Below, piece by piece: positions 11,492 through 22,037 of a stretch of 64,000 bases of DNA. The translations under genes were made by a program, and so were the position numbers. Source of the stretch: Cycas panzhihuaensis (Eukaryota > Plantae > Cycadophyta). Positions within the stretch are counted from its first letter, which is position 1. Every line of letters starts with the position of its first letter. The notes under the pieces were generated by a model. It saw only the letters and a program-made list of their open reading frames with translations. It ran no database searches and had not been told where the DNA came from. The stretch is taken from NCBI GenBank assembly GCA_023213395.1, contig CM041465.1, positions 68,021,741 through 68,085,740 on the forward strand, read 5' to 3'.

Positions 11492-12195
11492 CGATGGATT
11501 AGGAGATGCACATGTATGATTTTGGCGGGAAGCGCGGGCCTCCGGGTCATCGTGGACTCACATGATTGTACTCCCCCTGCAAGGATCCCGGCTTCCCACA
11601 TACACGATGTACTATGACATTCTTGATATATATATATACACATGGGGTAATTGGAACCCCATTTTGGCATGAAATGGTGTACCATGTATGATAGAGGTAG
11701 CATGTATGGTTTACTTTTGTAAATGAATATTTTTGTAATATGCTGTAAATATTTGTATGTTGATATGTAAATATGTGAATGTATAAATGTATATATTTTG
11801 TTGTAAAGTTTTGTAAATATGCAGGCGTTTCCGTCCATGCATGGCGATACGTCTAACAGGAGTACACGCATCCACCATGAGCAGAGGTGACCGAGAGGCA
11901 CGAGGTTAGAAGATAAGGCGACATGAACGTCCACAGGGGAGCATAGCAGAATATGCGAAGGAAACGACAAGCACGAAAATGGGAGTAATGATACTCCATA
12001 GCGTCGTCCTAGTTTGGGGGATGCCCAAAATAGGAAGACAACGGTTCCCAAGAGTATACGGGAACACGGGTTCCACGGGAGGAACCAGAAAAAGGAACGA
12101 GAGTCCACCTTGAATTGGCATTCGACCCGCGGTGGGGAGGAATGGGGACAATCCAAGATGGTAGTTTAGGCTTATTTCGGAGTAGGGCAAAGAGA

Positions 12196-13380
12196 TCACG
12201 CGTAGAACTTCTTGAGGAATTTCCCGTTGACAGCTTTCTCAAACTCCAAGATGTCTAAGGTGGCGATCCTGTAGGCGTCGTTATCAAGGCTTTCGAGAAC
12301 GATGAACGGACCTACCCACTTGGGCCCGAATTTGGCCAAGCGATCGTAAAGATACTCTAATTTGAGGACGTGGTCCCTGGACACAAAGGGCGGGCACGAA
12401 GGTGTTTATCGTATGTCCTTTGCAAGCGGGCTTTCAGCGAGGTTCGCTTGATGGCCGTGGCGCCTCTCATCCGTGGCTTCAAGGTCTAGGAGACGAGCAC
12501 GCGAGTAGACTCCTCATCGATGAGGCCTCGAAGGGAGACCGAGAGAAGGGACCTCCACTTCCAACTAAGTATCGCTTGATCCGTAGACTAGCGAGAATGG
12601 GGTCATCCGGTAGAATGTCCTGATAGAGGTGCGATAAGCCCATAGAGCGGAAGGGGCTGGATATGCCGGTCTCTTTGAGGCGGCGGCGGTTTTCTTCAAG
12701 ATGCCAATGAGCGTTTTGTTGAAAGACTCAATCGCCCATTGGCTTGGGGTAATAAGGATGACGTCTTGTGTGAGATTTTAAATTTCTCACACAATTCGTC
12801 CATTTCCTTATTGCAAAAGGGAGTTCCATTATCCGTAATTAGGACGTCTGGAATTCCAAAACGAGAGATAATATCTTTGGTAGGCGAAGGTGGCTATCGT
12901 CTTGCGGGGTAGTGAGGGGATCGCCTCGCCCATTTAGTAAAGTACTCGGCCTGCTAGGATGTATTTATGTTGTGCGGAAGATGGTGGTGATATAACCCCA
13001 ATGAGGTCTAAACCCCATTGGGAAAAGGGCCACGGAGACACGATAGGGTGTAGTGCCTCGGAAGGTACGTGAGAGGCGTTGGCGTGCTCTTGGCAATGCG
13101 GCATCTAAGGCGCAAGCGTGGGCGTCCTTGAACAAGGATAATAGCGATGTAGCCCATGCGGAGGATCCTTTGGGCCATGGATTGGCCCCAAAGTGGCCCC
13201 CACAAATGCCATGGTGGCACTCACGAGATTTGGTCGCTTCGTCGGGGCGGCCTTGAGTAGGATCCCATCGAAGGATCTCTTATACAACACCGTCCACGAG
13301 GAGGTGTTGCTAGCGATGGCGCGGACAGCGACGACCTTATTCGGCTTCGGCAATATTCTTGAGTCAAATATCGCAGGCGC
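12196..13380 (-). pseudogene. Integrase of copy B (zinc finger, core, GPY/F tail), frameshifted
   Basis: LYKRSFDGILL, HHGICGGH, RILRMGY, and KFGPKWVGPFIV...VNGKFLKKFYA, typical of Tat/Ogre/Athila integrase ends. Confidence 0.88.
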
Positions 13381-13389
13381 CCGGCGTAG

Positions 13390-14390
13390 GGTGGATACGA
13401 GAGCTTCCTTGAGCCCCTCGAAGGCCTTTTGGGTCTTGTCGACTGCATAAAAGGAGCTCCTTTCTTCAATAGGTTCGTAAGAGGCTTGGCGTTTATGGCG
13501 AAATCTGCCAAGAAGCGCCTCAAGAAACCAAGCCTGCCTAGGAATGACTTCATTTGTCGTTGGGTCTTAGGCGGTGGCATGTCAAGGATCGCCTTGACTT
13601 TTTCCAGATCAATCTGGATTCCTTGTTGGGACACGAGGAAACCAAGGAGTTTGCCCGAGGTAACGGCAAACACGCATTTCAGTGGGTTTAAGCTAACATG
13701 GTACTTGCGGCATCTTGCGAAGATGGCACGCAAGTCGAAAAGATGATGGGCTCTGGAGCGGGAGAGGCCCATCATGTCGTCCATGAAGACCTCCAACGTA
13801 TTGTTGATGAGGTCGTGGAAGATGAAATGCATGGCTCTTTGATAAGTAGCCCCTGCATTTTTAAGACCAAAGGGCATCGCCTTATAGGCAAAGGTACCCC
13901 ATGGCGTCGTGAAGGCCGTCTTATGACGGTCTTCGGGAGAAATCTGGATCTGGTTATAGCGGGAAGCCATCCATCGGACATAACTTGAATCGGTAGTGTG
14001 ATCGATTATTTGATCAATGAAAGGAAGGAGAAAGTTGTCCTTAGGACAAGCGTTATTTATGTCGCGAAAATGGACACAAATACGAATGGTCCCGTTCTTT
14101 TTAGCAACGGAGCGATATTCGATACCCACTTGGGGTGTCGATGGAGGAAATAAGTCCACTTCGAAGCTTCTCAACTTCCATCTTAACGGTGAGAGCTTGG
14201 GTGAAGGGGCCATTGACGCCGCAGGCGGCGTCGGGGAAGGTCGTAAGGTTATGCCTGATGATGGAGGGATCAATGCCCTTCATGTCCGAGTATTCCCACA
14301 CAAATACGTCGCGAATTCCGAAACAGGAGGGTGTATTCCCTCACCTCATCAGGGGTGCACTCCGCTCCTACCTTGATGACCCTATCTGGG
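13390..14390 (-). pseudogene. Reverse transcriptase of copy B
   Basis: KKNGTIRICVHFRDINNACPKDNF, YNQI, KTAFTTPWGTFAYKAMPFGLKNAGATYQRAM, VFMDD, KCVFAVTSGKLLGF. Confidence 0.93.
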
Positions 14391-15149
14391 GCAAGGACTA
14401 TGCCCTGGGTTGCCCCCATACACATGGCATTCCCCTCCTCGAAATGGAGGGGGGCCAGCTCAACCGCAAGGGAGGAAACAGAAGAGGGGGGTGGGTCGGC
14501 TAATGGGGGCGCAATCGCTAAGACCTTCTGGCGGCCAAGCTTGTGGTGACCAGGAGGCAAACTTGGCATGGAACCTGCTAAGTGTTCAGTAAGCCTCGTC
14601 GTCTTGATAGTCCACGCCATCGATGGCACGACTTGAAGGCGGCGAGAGATGGCGGGGAGTGATAGGGCCGGTATGGCACGAAGAGCGCATCATCCGGGGA
14701 TGACAAAGGAGAGTCAAGGAGAGGTCCCTCGTAAGCAAGAGAAACTCACAACATCGCCACCTACGGGAGGTGACGAGGTGGAAGAGCCCGGGACATGATG
14801 ATTAGCATGCGCAATGTCATGTGACATGTGAAAGTGTCCTGGCTCTACAACAAAAGAGGCCCTAAGAGGGAGGTTAGGGCTAGGAAGGCGCCCCACCAAA
14901 GTGCGGAGGAACGAGACTGGGTGAGGACGATCCTCATCCTCACTATAGGATCCGTCATCGTCAAACACGACGACGTACCCATAACTCCCGACACCAATAG
15001 GAGCAAAACGCGTCAAGCTAGGGGAAGAAGACGCAGGACTTTCTTCTCGGTAGGAGGAATAAGGAATTCCAATAGAGTAAGCTGAGGCATGGTTAGGAGG
15101 ACATTTGTTTCCCTTCGTATGGCCATGGCTTGCCTGGGCGGGAGGCCTA

Positions 15150-15530
15150 GCTGGTTTGGCGAGCGATCGCTCGTGGAGGACAACTTTCATTTGTCCATTA
15201 TGGACAAATTTAAGTTGCCCCCAACGGGTGGAACACACGGCTCCCATTTGGTCGAGCCATGGTCGACCCAGAAGCAGGTTGTAATCAACATCGACATCGA
15301 GGGGCGGCGATGCCGACGACGGTCTTGTCCTCGAGGGTAAGAGGTATCGAGACAGATCCTAAGGGAGTCTTCTCGGTACCGTCATAACCCTGACAGCGCC
15401 ATGGAACCGGTTCCAAGGCGGAAACGCCGAGCTCTTGCATAACGCGCAAGGGCATGGCGTTAACGGAGGAACCGTTGTCCACGACGGTCCTCTGTAGCGT
15501 GCAATCGGGGGTATCTATGGTAATGGTGAA
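15150..15530 (-). pseudogene. Aspartic protease of copy B
   Basis: VDNGSSVNAMP active-site motif and YNLLLGRPWL C-terminal motif. Confidence 0.82.
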
Positions 15531-17555
15531 AGGGAAGTTCCATTGGCGTTCCCTTCCACTTGATGCGGGGAGATCTCTGGGATCGAAGGAGATAATGGGT
15601 TCGGCAGGGTTGTACCCAAGGCGTGAACGGATGCGTCATTCGATCCAAGAGCTTCTAGAAGGAGCGCTCGTTGCTCCGGGCAACTTCTCAAGACGTCCAT
15701 GATGGACATCCGTGACCGTAAGAAGCTCTTGACTACGGAGAAAGGCTTACCCCTCCACATGGGTTGGGTAAGGGCTCTCCTAAAGTTGAATCGCCGGCGT
15801 GCAGGAATCATCTTGGGAAGTGCGAGGAATCTCCTGGGAGTAGCATCCTGAGGAGGATCAGGCTGCGAGGTGAGCGTGGGCCGGTTGCCTCCTTGGCGCC
15901 GAGGCCGGGTTAGCAGCGTGAGAGGAGTGGTCTCGAGCATTTGGATCACCTTCTTTCCCTTGTTACGGGACCACGAAGGTGATGGGCGTGATCGGGGAAT
16001 TGCGAAGGGGCGACCTCGCACCCTTACCTCTACCACGCAGGCGGAGATCGGAGACCTATCACGATTCCTACCGCCTTTCTTTGGACATCGCGACCCCGTT
16101 CCCCATGCTTGGGGAACGTGTCTCTATGTATGGGTTGATCGAGGTTAGGCCTCGATGTCCGCCGAGGGGACGAGTCGCGCGGCGGGGCGTCGCGTGGGTG
16201 TTGTGCCCGGCAGCATGAATCGTCATGGAAACATTCTCCGTGGATGGAGCACCACCTCTTCTCAAGGGGAGGATCGGTCCTCCTTGCTTGAGAAGGCTGG
16301 GCGTTCCCCCCTTTGGGGGGCATCGCACGAGAAGTCTGCTGGACGGGTTTATGGGAGGTTGGCGGCGAAGGAGGTTGGAGTTTTAACTCCTTCATCGTGC
16401 GCTCAAATGAGCGAATAGCGGAAGTAAGGGGATCTAGGGTCCTCTCAGTCGGATGGGAGGTGGACCTAGCGGGCTGTGAAGGTTTGGTCTCCTTCGCTGG
16501 AGGAGGCGCCTCGCGGCATTGCGAGGGCTTGGGAGGTTTTTTGAGTCCCGCTTGGATCTCAATGGCCTCCAAAGCTAGACACCTCGTGATTGCAGAGTCA
16601 CACGTGGTCGCCCCCATCTTGAGGACTTCCACATGCACTTCAGGACGAAGTGCATTGACAAAGAGATCCCTCTTCAACTCCTCAGGCAACGTAGCCTTGG
16701 TGGAGTGAAGAAGATCGTGAAAACGTCGCACAAAGTCACGATTCATCTCATCGTGACCTTGTTTAGCGACAAGCACCTTCATTCCTTTTCGAATGGGCGG
16801 GCTACGTCAAAGTAGTTGACGAACTCGTCCACTAGTTCTTTGGAATGAGGAGATTGAATGGGGAAGGCGGTAAAACCACTTGAGGGCATCGCCCTGAGGA
16901 TCAGCGAGAATAGCTTCATAAGTATATGGTCGTAAGCCCAATAATCGATGCACGCCATCGAGAAGCTGCGTACATGCTCGGTTGGGTCTTGCGACGACAT
17001 CCCGTCGAATTTGGGAACTTCAAGAGGGTGAGGCGGCAGGTTAGTCCTCAGCGCCTTGATAGACAATGGCGTCAACCTATAGTCCACGAAAGGACGTGTC
17101 ATTGCTTGGGCTAACGGGTCGACCACCCAGAAGGAATGGATGGGGTGGTAAACCCATCCCTCCTTGGGAAAAGGCCCTTGTTGGAAAGGGCCGGGTAAAA
17201 GCTACGAAAAAGTGGTACGCTCCCTTGCGATGATGCGTGATGGGAGTTCTTGTTGACTGCAAACGGAGGATGAGGGACTGGTTTTGCCCATCTGGGCCAC
17301 CGTGGGTGGCGCAACCCCATACAGGTGCAACGGGTCCACCCCATAGACAGGGAGATGGCTTCCCTTGCCTTGCCCCCAAGGTTGAGACATGTAACCTGGA
17401 GGCACGTAAAGAGAAGAACCACCAATCTGGTTTTGGACGCATGTAGGCGTGGGTCCTACATGACTAACGACGGCGGCACTAGTAGGACCCCGAGGCCTAC
17501 TAGGGAACGCATGTGTCACGTTCGGAGGTGGTGTGTACGTTTGACTAGGGTATGA
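15531..17555 (-). pseudogene. gag of copy B, N-terminally truncated
   Basis: VPKFDGMSSQDPTEHVRSF, KQGHDEMNRDFVRRF, FVNALRP, and the CHHC knuckle WCSIHGECFHDDSCC. Confidence 0.85.
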
Positions 17556-18276
17556 CACTTTGACATATAGCTTAGTTTGATTAGCTAAGTTGATTTCAGT
17601 TTGCAGTTCATACACATATATCTCTTTGTATATTTTGTAGCCTCTCCCTCGAGAGGAAGGTACTCTTTATGTTCTCTTGTAGGATCGCATCGGTGGAGGT
17701 AACGCGTGGAGCGAACCCATTGCCGATTAGCTCACTCATGAGGAAAGGAGCGCAACCAGGAAGGAGAATCCACACTTCAACCTCAACCACCAGATCCAGG
17801 TATTCCTCGCGTTTCCTTTGTTTTTCCCTTTTATATCGTTCTTGCTTTTTTGTACGTGCTTGATAAGTAAAAGATAAGGAAACATAAAGGAAAAAGGAAA
17901 TAGTCTTTTACTTTACATTTACTTTCTTTGTCAGTTTCTTTTGCTTTGCATAACATAGGGATAGAAGACGCTTTCGTTGCATCCCCAACCACACTTTACT
18001 TCACACCGCCATGACGTTGATTTTGTTGCTCTCTCGTTGCCTTCTCATTACCTTGAGAAGTCGCAACGCGTGAGGTTTCCCTCTCCTTCCATCCAAGGGT
18101 AGGAAGGCCTCATATTTGCAGCTACACCTGAAGCAACCGGGCACCTTGCGATCCGAACCCGCCTCCGGCCAGACGGACGTCCTGCGAGGTGAGATCCTCG
18201 CTGTCTAGCCCAGCCAGTGTTGTGTTTTGTATCCCTTTGCTAGACGTAGGATCACCGCCCCGCGGAGAGCGTTTCA
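17556..18276 (+). repeat. LTR 3'-terminal fragment of copy B
   Basis: Aligns to ~3960-4819 of the copy A LTR and ends AGCGTTTCA; left boundary approximate. Confidence 0.8.
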
Positions 18277-19020
18277 ACGGCACAAATGCCTTCACAGCTA
18301 ACTTAGAGGAGGCGACATGAACCTTGTGCAGGGCTCTATCTCTACTGCCAAGTCCATATAGAGGACGCCATCATGCCCAACTCGAAGCCGGTTCACCCGC
18401 TGCCGCCACTCCGGAACCCTAACACTTACAGGTTCGTCGCCTCCGTCTCGCCATTCAAACGCAGGTCCATCTCGAACATGATTAACCCTATGCTAACTAA
18501 TACTTTGCGTTGTGGGTTTATAACATCCCCTTCCCCTTTAAGATATGTTTTATCCTTAAAGTAATAGAAGGATTAATATAAGCGTCGGTGTCTTAGCCAC
18601 AATCTTCTTTGTTACCTTTGTCTATTATGAGCATTTCTTAGAGTGATTCCTCACTATAATTTTTAAGAGTGAGTAGTTAAGTGGGCCTTAGATTCTAGAT
18701 GTGCTTGATTTAAAAATCTATACTAATATATTTGCTATTTAATCAATATATAGACTTGTTATTTATTGTGCTAAAGTTGTGCATCTGTTAGATGGATTTC
18801 CATTTAATAAAATAAAGGCAACATGATCTTCCTTGGTAGGTGAAGCCTTAGAGACAAGGGCAGTGAGTTCTAGAAATTAATAAGGCTTGTCATCCTATCT
18901 AAAACATATGAAACTTTTCTCATGATTTAAAATGTAGGTGCCTTAGCCATTCTACACCTAGTATCACATTTATAATGTTGATAGGAAAAACATAGTAATC
19001 TACTAAAAAGTTAAGTATAC

Positions 19021-22000
19021 TTTTTTTTTTATATGGTAAAAAATTAGAAGGAGTTTTAATAGGTCCCCAAACCTTTTACATCAATTGCCTTTCGGCTAAA
19101 AGCACAAATGCCCATGACATGCCCATGGCCTAGCCAAACTGGACCCACTTTACATTCACACACTTAGCATCAATTAACTCTCCCAATTCTGGGCTAACAA
19201 ATCCAATCTAACCAAACTCAGGAGCTCCTCTGAAAAGTTCTCTCCCCAAACCCAATTTCCTTTATTTAAAACCACCCAATTAGCAAGTCAGTCTGCCATA
19301 GCATTTCCTTCCCTATACGTATGTCGGATCTGAGTGTTATGCTTGGATCTTAGGACATCCTGAGTATCCCGGACTATATTCACATTATGCCAGTCAACCT
19401 TCATCTCCCCCCTAAGGATCCTGATCACATTCAGAGAATCTCCTTCTATTATCACCTTATCGTGGTCGTCCTCATCTGCCATTGCTACCGCTTTCTGCAT
19501 AGCCTTAAGTTTTGTTATATGATTTGTATGATGGTCATAGTATTCTGTAAAGGCCCAGCTTATTGTCCTATCATGGTATCTACATAAACCCCCCCCTCCT
19601 GCCTCACCAGGGTTTCCTTTAGATGCCCCATCACAATTAATTTTCACCCAATACACATTGGGCGGGCTCCAGTAATACACCCTCCTTTTCACTCCCCTAC
19701 TAGTCGGGCATCTAATCCCCCAATCCACCATGATATTTTCTTCCCTCCTTAGGATCCTTTCCTCTTCCAAAGGTTTAAGCATTTCTAAGGTCATCCCTCG
19801 GATCATATCATAGAGCCTCTGCTCATCCAAATCTTTCCCTCGGAAGATCCTCCTATTACGCTCTTTTTAGATATTCCAGACCCCAACCGACATAATTAGT
19901 TTCCATAGTAATCCCAACGTCTTGCTCCTAAAGGGAGATTTCCACATCATCCACTACTCTAGGAGGGTCTTAGGGGCCACCCAACCTAGCCCCAGATTGG
20001 TCCATAAACATGCCCAAATTCCCCTAGAGAAGGGGTAGTAAATGTTGATATGGTGCAAAGACTCTTCGTCCTTCCTGTACAACACATATCTATTTAGCAT
20101 GATGAAGCCGCGTTTATGAAGATTATCAATTATCAGAATCTTATTCTACAGACATAACCACCAAAAAATTGCCACCTTTGGGATGAGTCCCAACTTCCAT
20201 ACCCCAGCCAACAAAGCATTCTTGACCAAACCCTCCTCCATATAAGGCGATTTGTATCCTTCCTTCACGGAGTATGACCCTGAGGGGGATAGCGACCAAA
20301 TCACAGTGTCTACCATAAACCTTCTAGGGATATACCAGTGGTTCAATTCGCCCTTGAGGGACTAAATCTCCTCATCCAGGCCATGTACCTTGTTAAAAGA
20401 TCTCCACTTCCTATTTTTTCCATATCCCTCCCAGTAATCCTTGACTAGCAGGCCAAAAGTATCCTCACAAACACACTGCAGGTTACCAATGGTAGGTAAA
20501 TCTTTTAATTTAAAGTTACCACACCATTTGTCCTCCCAAAATCTGATGCTTTCCCCATTCCCTAACTTCCATCTCAGACCATTACTTAGAATAGGCCTCA
20601 AGCGAAGGAGACCTTTCCACATGGGGGATCCAGAGACACCTCCCACCTCATCTTTCAGGAAGTGCCTACGCCCGAGGTACTTTTTAGCTATAATATTTCC
20701 CCATTGGGAGCCATCCTCCTTCACTAGTCTCCAGCCCAATTTAGCCATCAACACTTTATTAAAGGGCCCTAGTCTTCTTATATTGACCCCCCCTACCCAC
20801 CTGGGCCTACATACCTTCTCCCAAGAGACTAGATGGATTTTATTCTTGTCCTCAGTTCTAGAGTAGAGGAATCTCTTTTGGATGCCTTCTAAGATTGAAA
20901 TGACCTTACTCGACATCTTGAAGATTGATATCATATAAATCCGAATACTGTCTAATGAGGCCATCATCAGCTGAATTTTAACTGCCAGACTAAGGAGAGA
21001 TCCTTTCCATCCAGCCAACTTCCTCTCAATCCTATCCACAATGGGGTTCCAAAGGTCTTTGCTCATATTACCCACAAAAAGGAGCATCCCTAGATAAGTT
21101 ATCGGAAGAGAACTGGTGGGAATCTCTAATTCCCTACTGATCCTCCTCTGAAGTCTCTCGGGGGTATTAATAAAAAAGATAAAACTTTTCTCTAGATTGA
21201 TTCTTTGGTTTGTGGCCCTCTCATAAGCCTGAAGCCCCATCTTTAAAGCTCTGGCTTCCCCTAGGGATGCCTTACCTAAAAAGATGTTGTCATCAACAAA
21301 CTAGTGGTGAACAATATTATCCAAGCTGGAAGAAGGCTTAAGCTCGGATGCTTATCCTATCCTTCTAATCTCCTCAGTAGCCCTCCCTAATATTTCTGCC
21401 ATAATGATAAACAGGTAGGGGAATAAAGGATCCCTCTACCTCAGTCCTCTGAAGCCAAGGGAAGAAGGAGTCGACATGCTATTTATCAGCATAGAGAATA
21501 AAGGATTTGAGATGCAACACCTCATCCAATCCCTCCATACCTCCCCAAAACCAAAAGCCTTGAGACAATCGAGTAAACAGTCCTAAGCCACATGGTCATA
21601 AGATTTGGACATGTTAGTTTTCACAATCATGCATGCTTCTTTCCTATGGTAAACTGAATGAACCGTCTCATGAATTGTGATTATGCCATCCACAATTTGT
21701 CTGCCCTTGACAAACCCATCCTGATTTGAGGAAATGATGAATGGCAACCATTCCTTGAGTCTATATATTTTTGCCAAGATTTTATATTTTACATTGTATG
21801 GGCTTATTGATCTAAAGTCCTCCATGACTTTTACTCCTTCCTTTTTAAGAATCAGCACCAAAAAGGTAGCCTGCCATTCCTTTAGGATTGTTTTCTTCTT
21901 AAAGAATTCATTTATGGCTAAATCCTCCTTGATTATGTCCCAAAACTCCTAAAAAAAACCTAAGGGAAAACCATTTGGCCTAGGAGCTTTATCACGGCCC

Positions 22001-22037
22001 ATGTTAAAGATTACTTTCTCCATTTCCTCTAAAGTAA
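19021..22037 (-). mobile_element. L1 LINE copy b, 5'-truncated, with poly(A) and TSD
   Basis: T10 at 19021-19030; TSD TTAAGTATAC at 19011-19020 and 22038-22047; RT, zf-RVT and RNase H remnants. Confidence 0.92.
19288..19830 (-). pseudogene. L1-b ORF2 C-terminal archaeal-type RNase H
   Basis: WVKINCDGASKGNPGEAGGGG...IIEGDSLNVI...HTYREGNAMAD. Confidence 0.9.

Larger units (their letters stand above)
10154..18276. mobile_element. Ty3/gypsy Tat-like element, copy B, rearranged (LTR ends on +, internal region on -)
   Basis: LTR start 10154-10314 and LTR end ~17556-18276 match the copy A LTR on +, while gag-PR-RT-INT read on - between them. Both flanks are L1-a 5'UTR. Confidence 0.85.
5432..18478 (-). 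mobile_element. L1 LINE copy a, 3'-truncated, with its 5'UTR split by Tat-like copy B
   Basis: ORF1 and ORF2 remnants at 5432-9828. 5'UTR at 9829-10153 and 18277-~18478; the latter aligns to the 5' end of full-length copy d (CGACGAACCT..TAGGGTT..GCGG...ATGGCGTCC). Confidence 0.8.

Noticed and set aside
11287-12156. 289-aa hydrophobic minus-strand ORF after integrase as an env-like gene
   Set aside because: Not kept as one frame in copy A. It runs across the AT-rich 3'UTR and the shadow of the antisense gene, and synonymous conservation favours the opposite strand.
13000-17600. Numerous plus-strand ORFs over copy B gag-pol
   Set aside because: Antisense shadows of GC-rich coding sequence with no recognisable motifs.
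10154-18276. Autointegration as the cause of the copy B inversion
   Set aside because: Autointegration joins LTR termini to internal sequence. Here the termini join flanking DNA and the breakpoints are mid-LTR.
18361-18372. GGACGCCA read as a minus-strand PBS (TGGCGTCC) for copy B
   Set aside because: It lies in the L1-a 5'UTR (the same ATGGCGTCC is in L1-d at ~44823) and has no adjacent LTR end in that orientation.
19288-19830. RNase H in LINE ORF2 as a novelty, or as a host RNase H gene
   Set aside because: Archaeal-type RNase H at the end of plant L1 ORF2 is already described, and all copies here sit between RT/zf and the poly(A).
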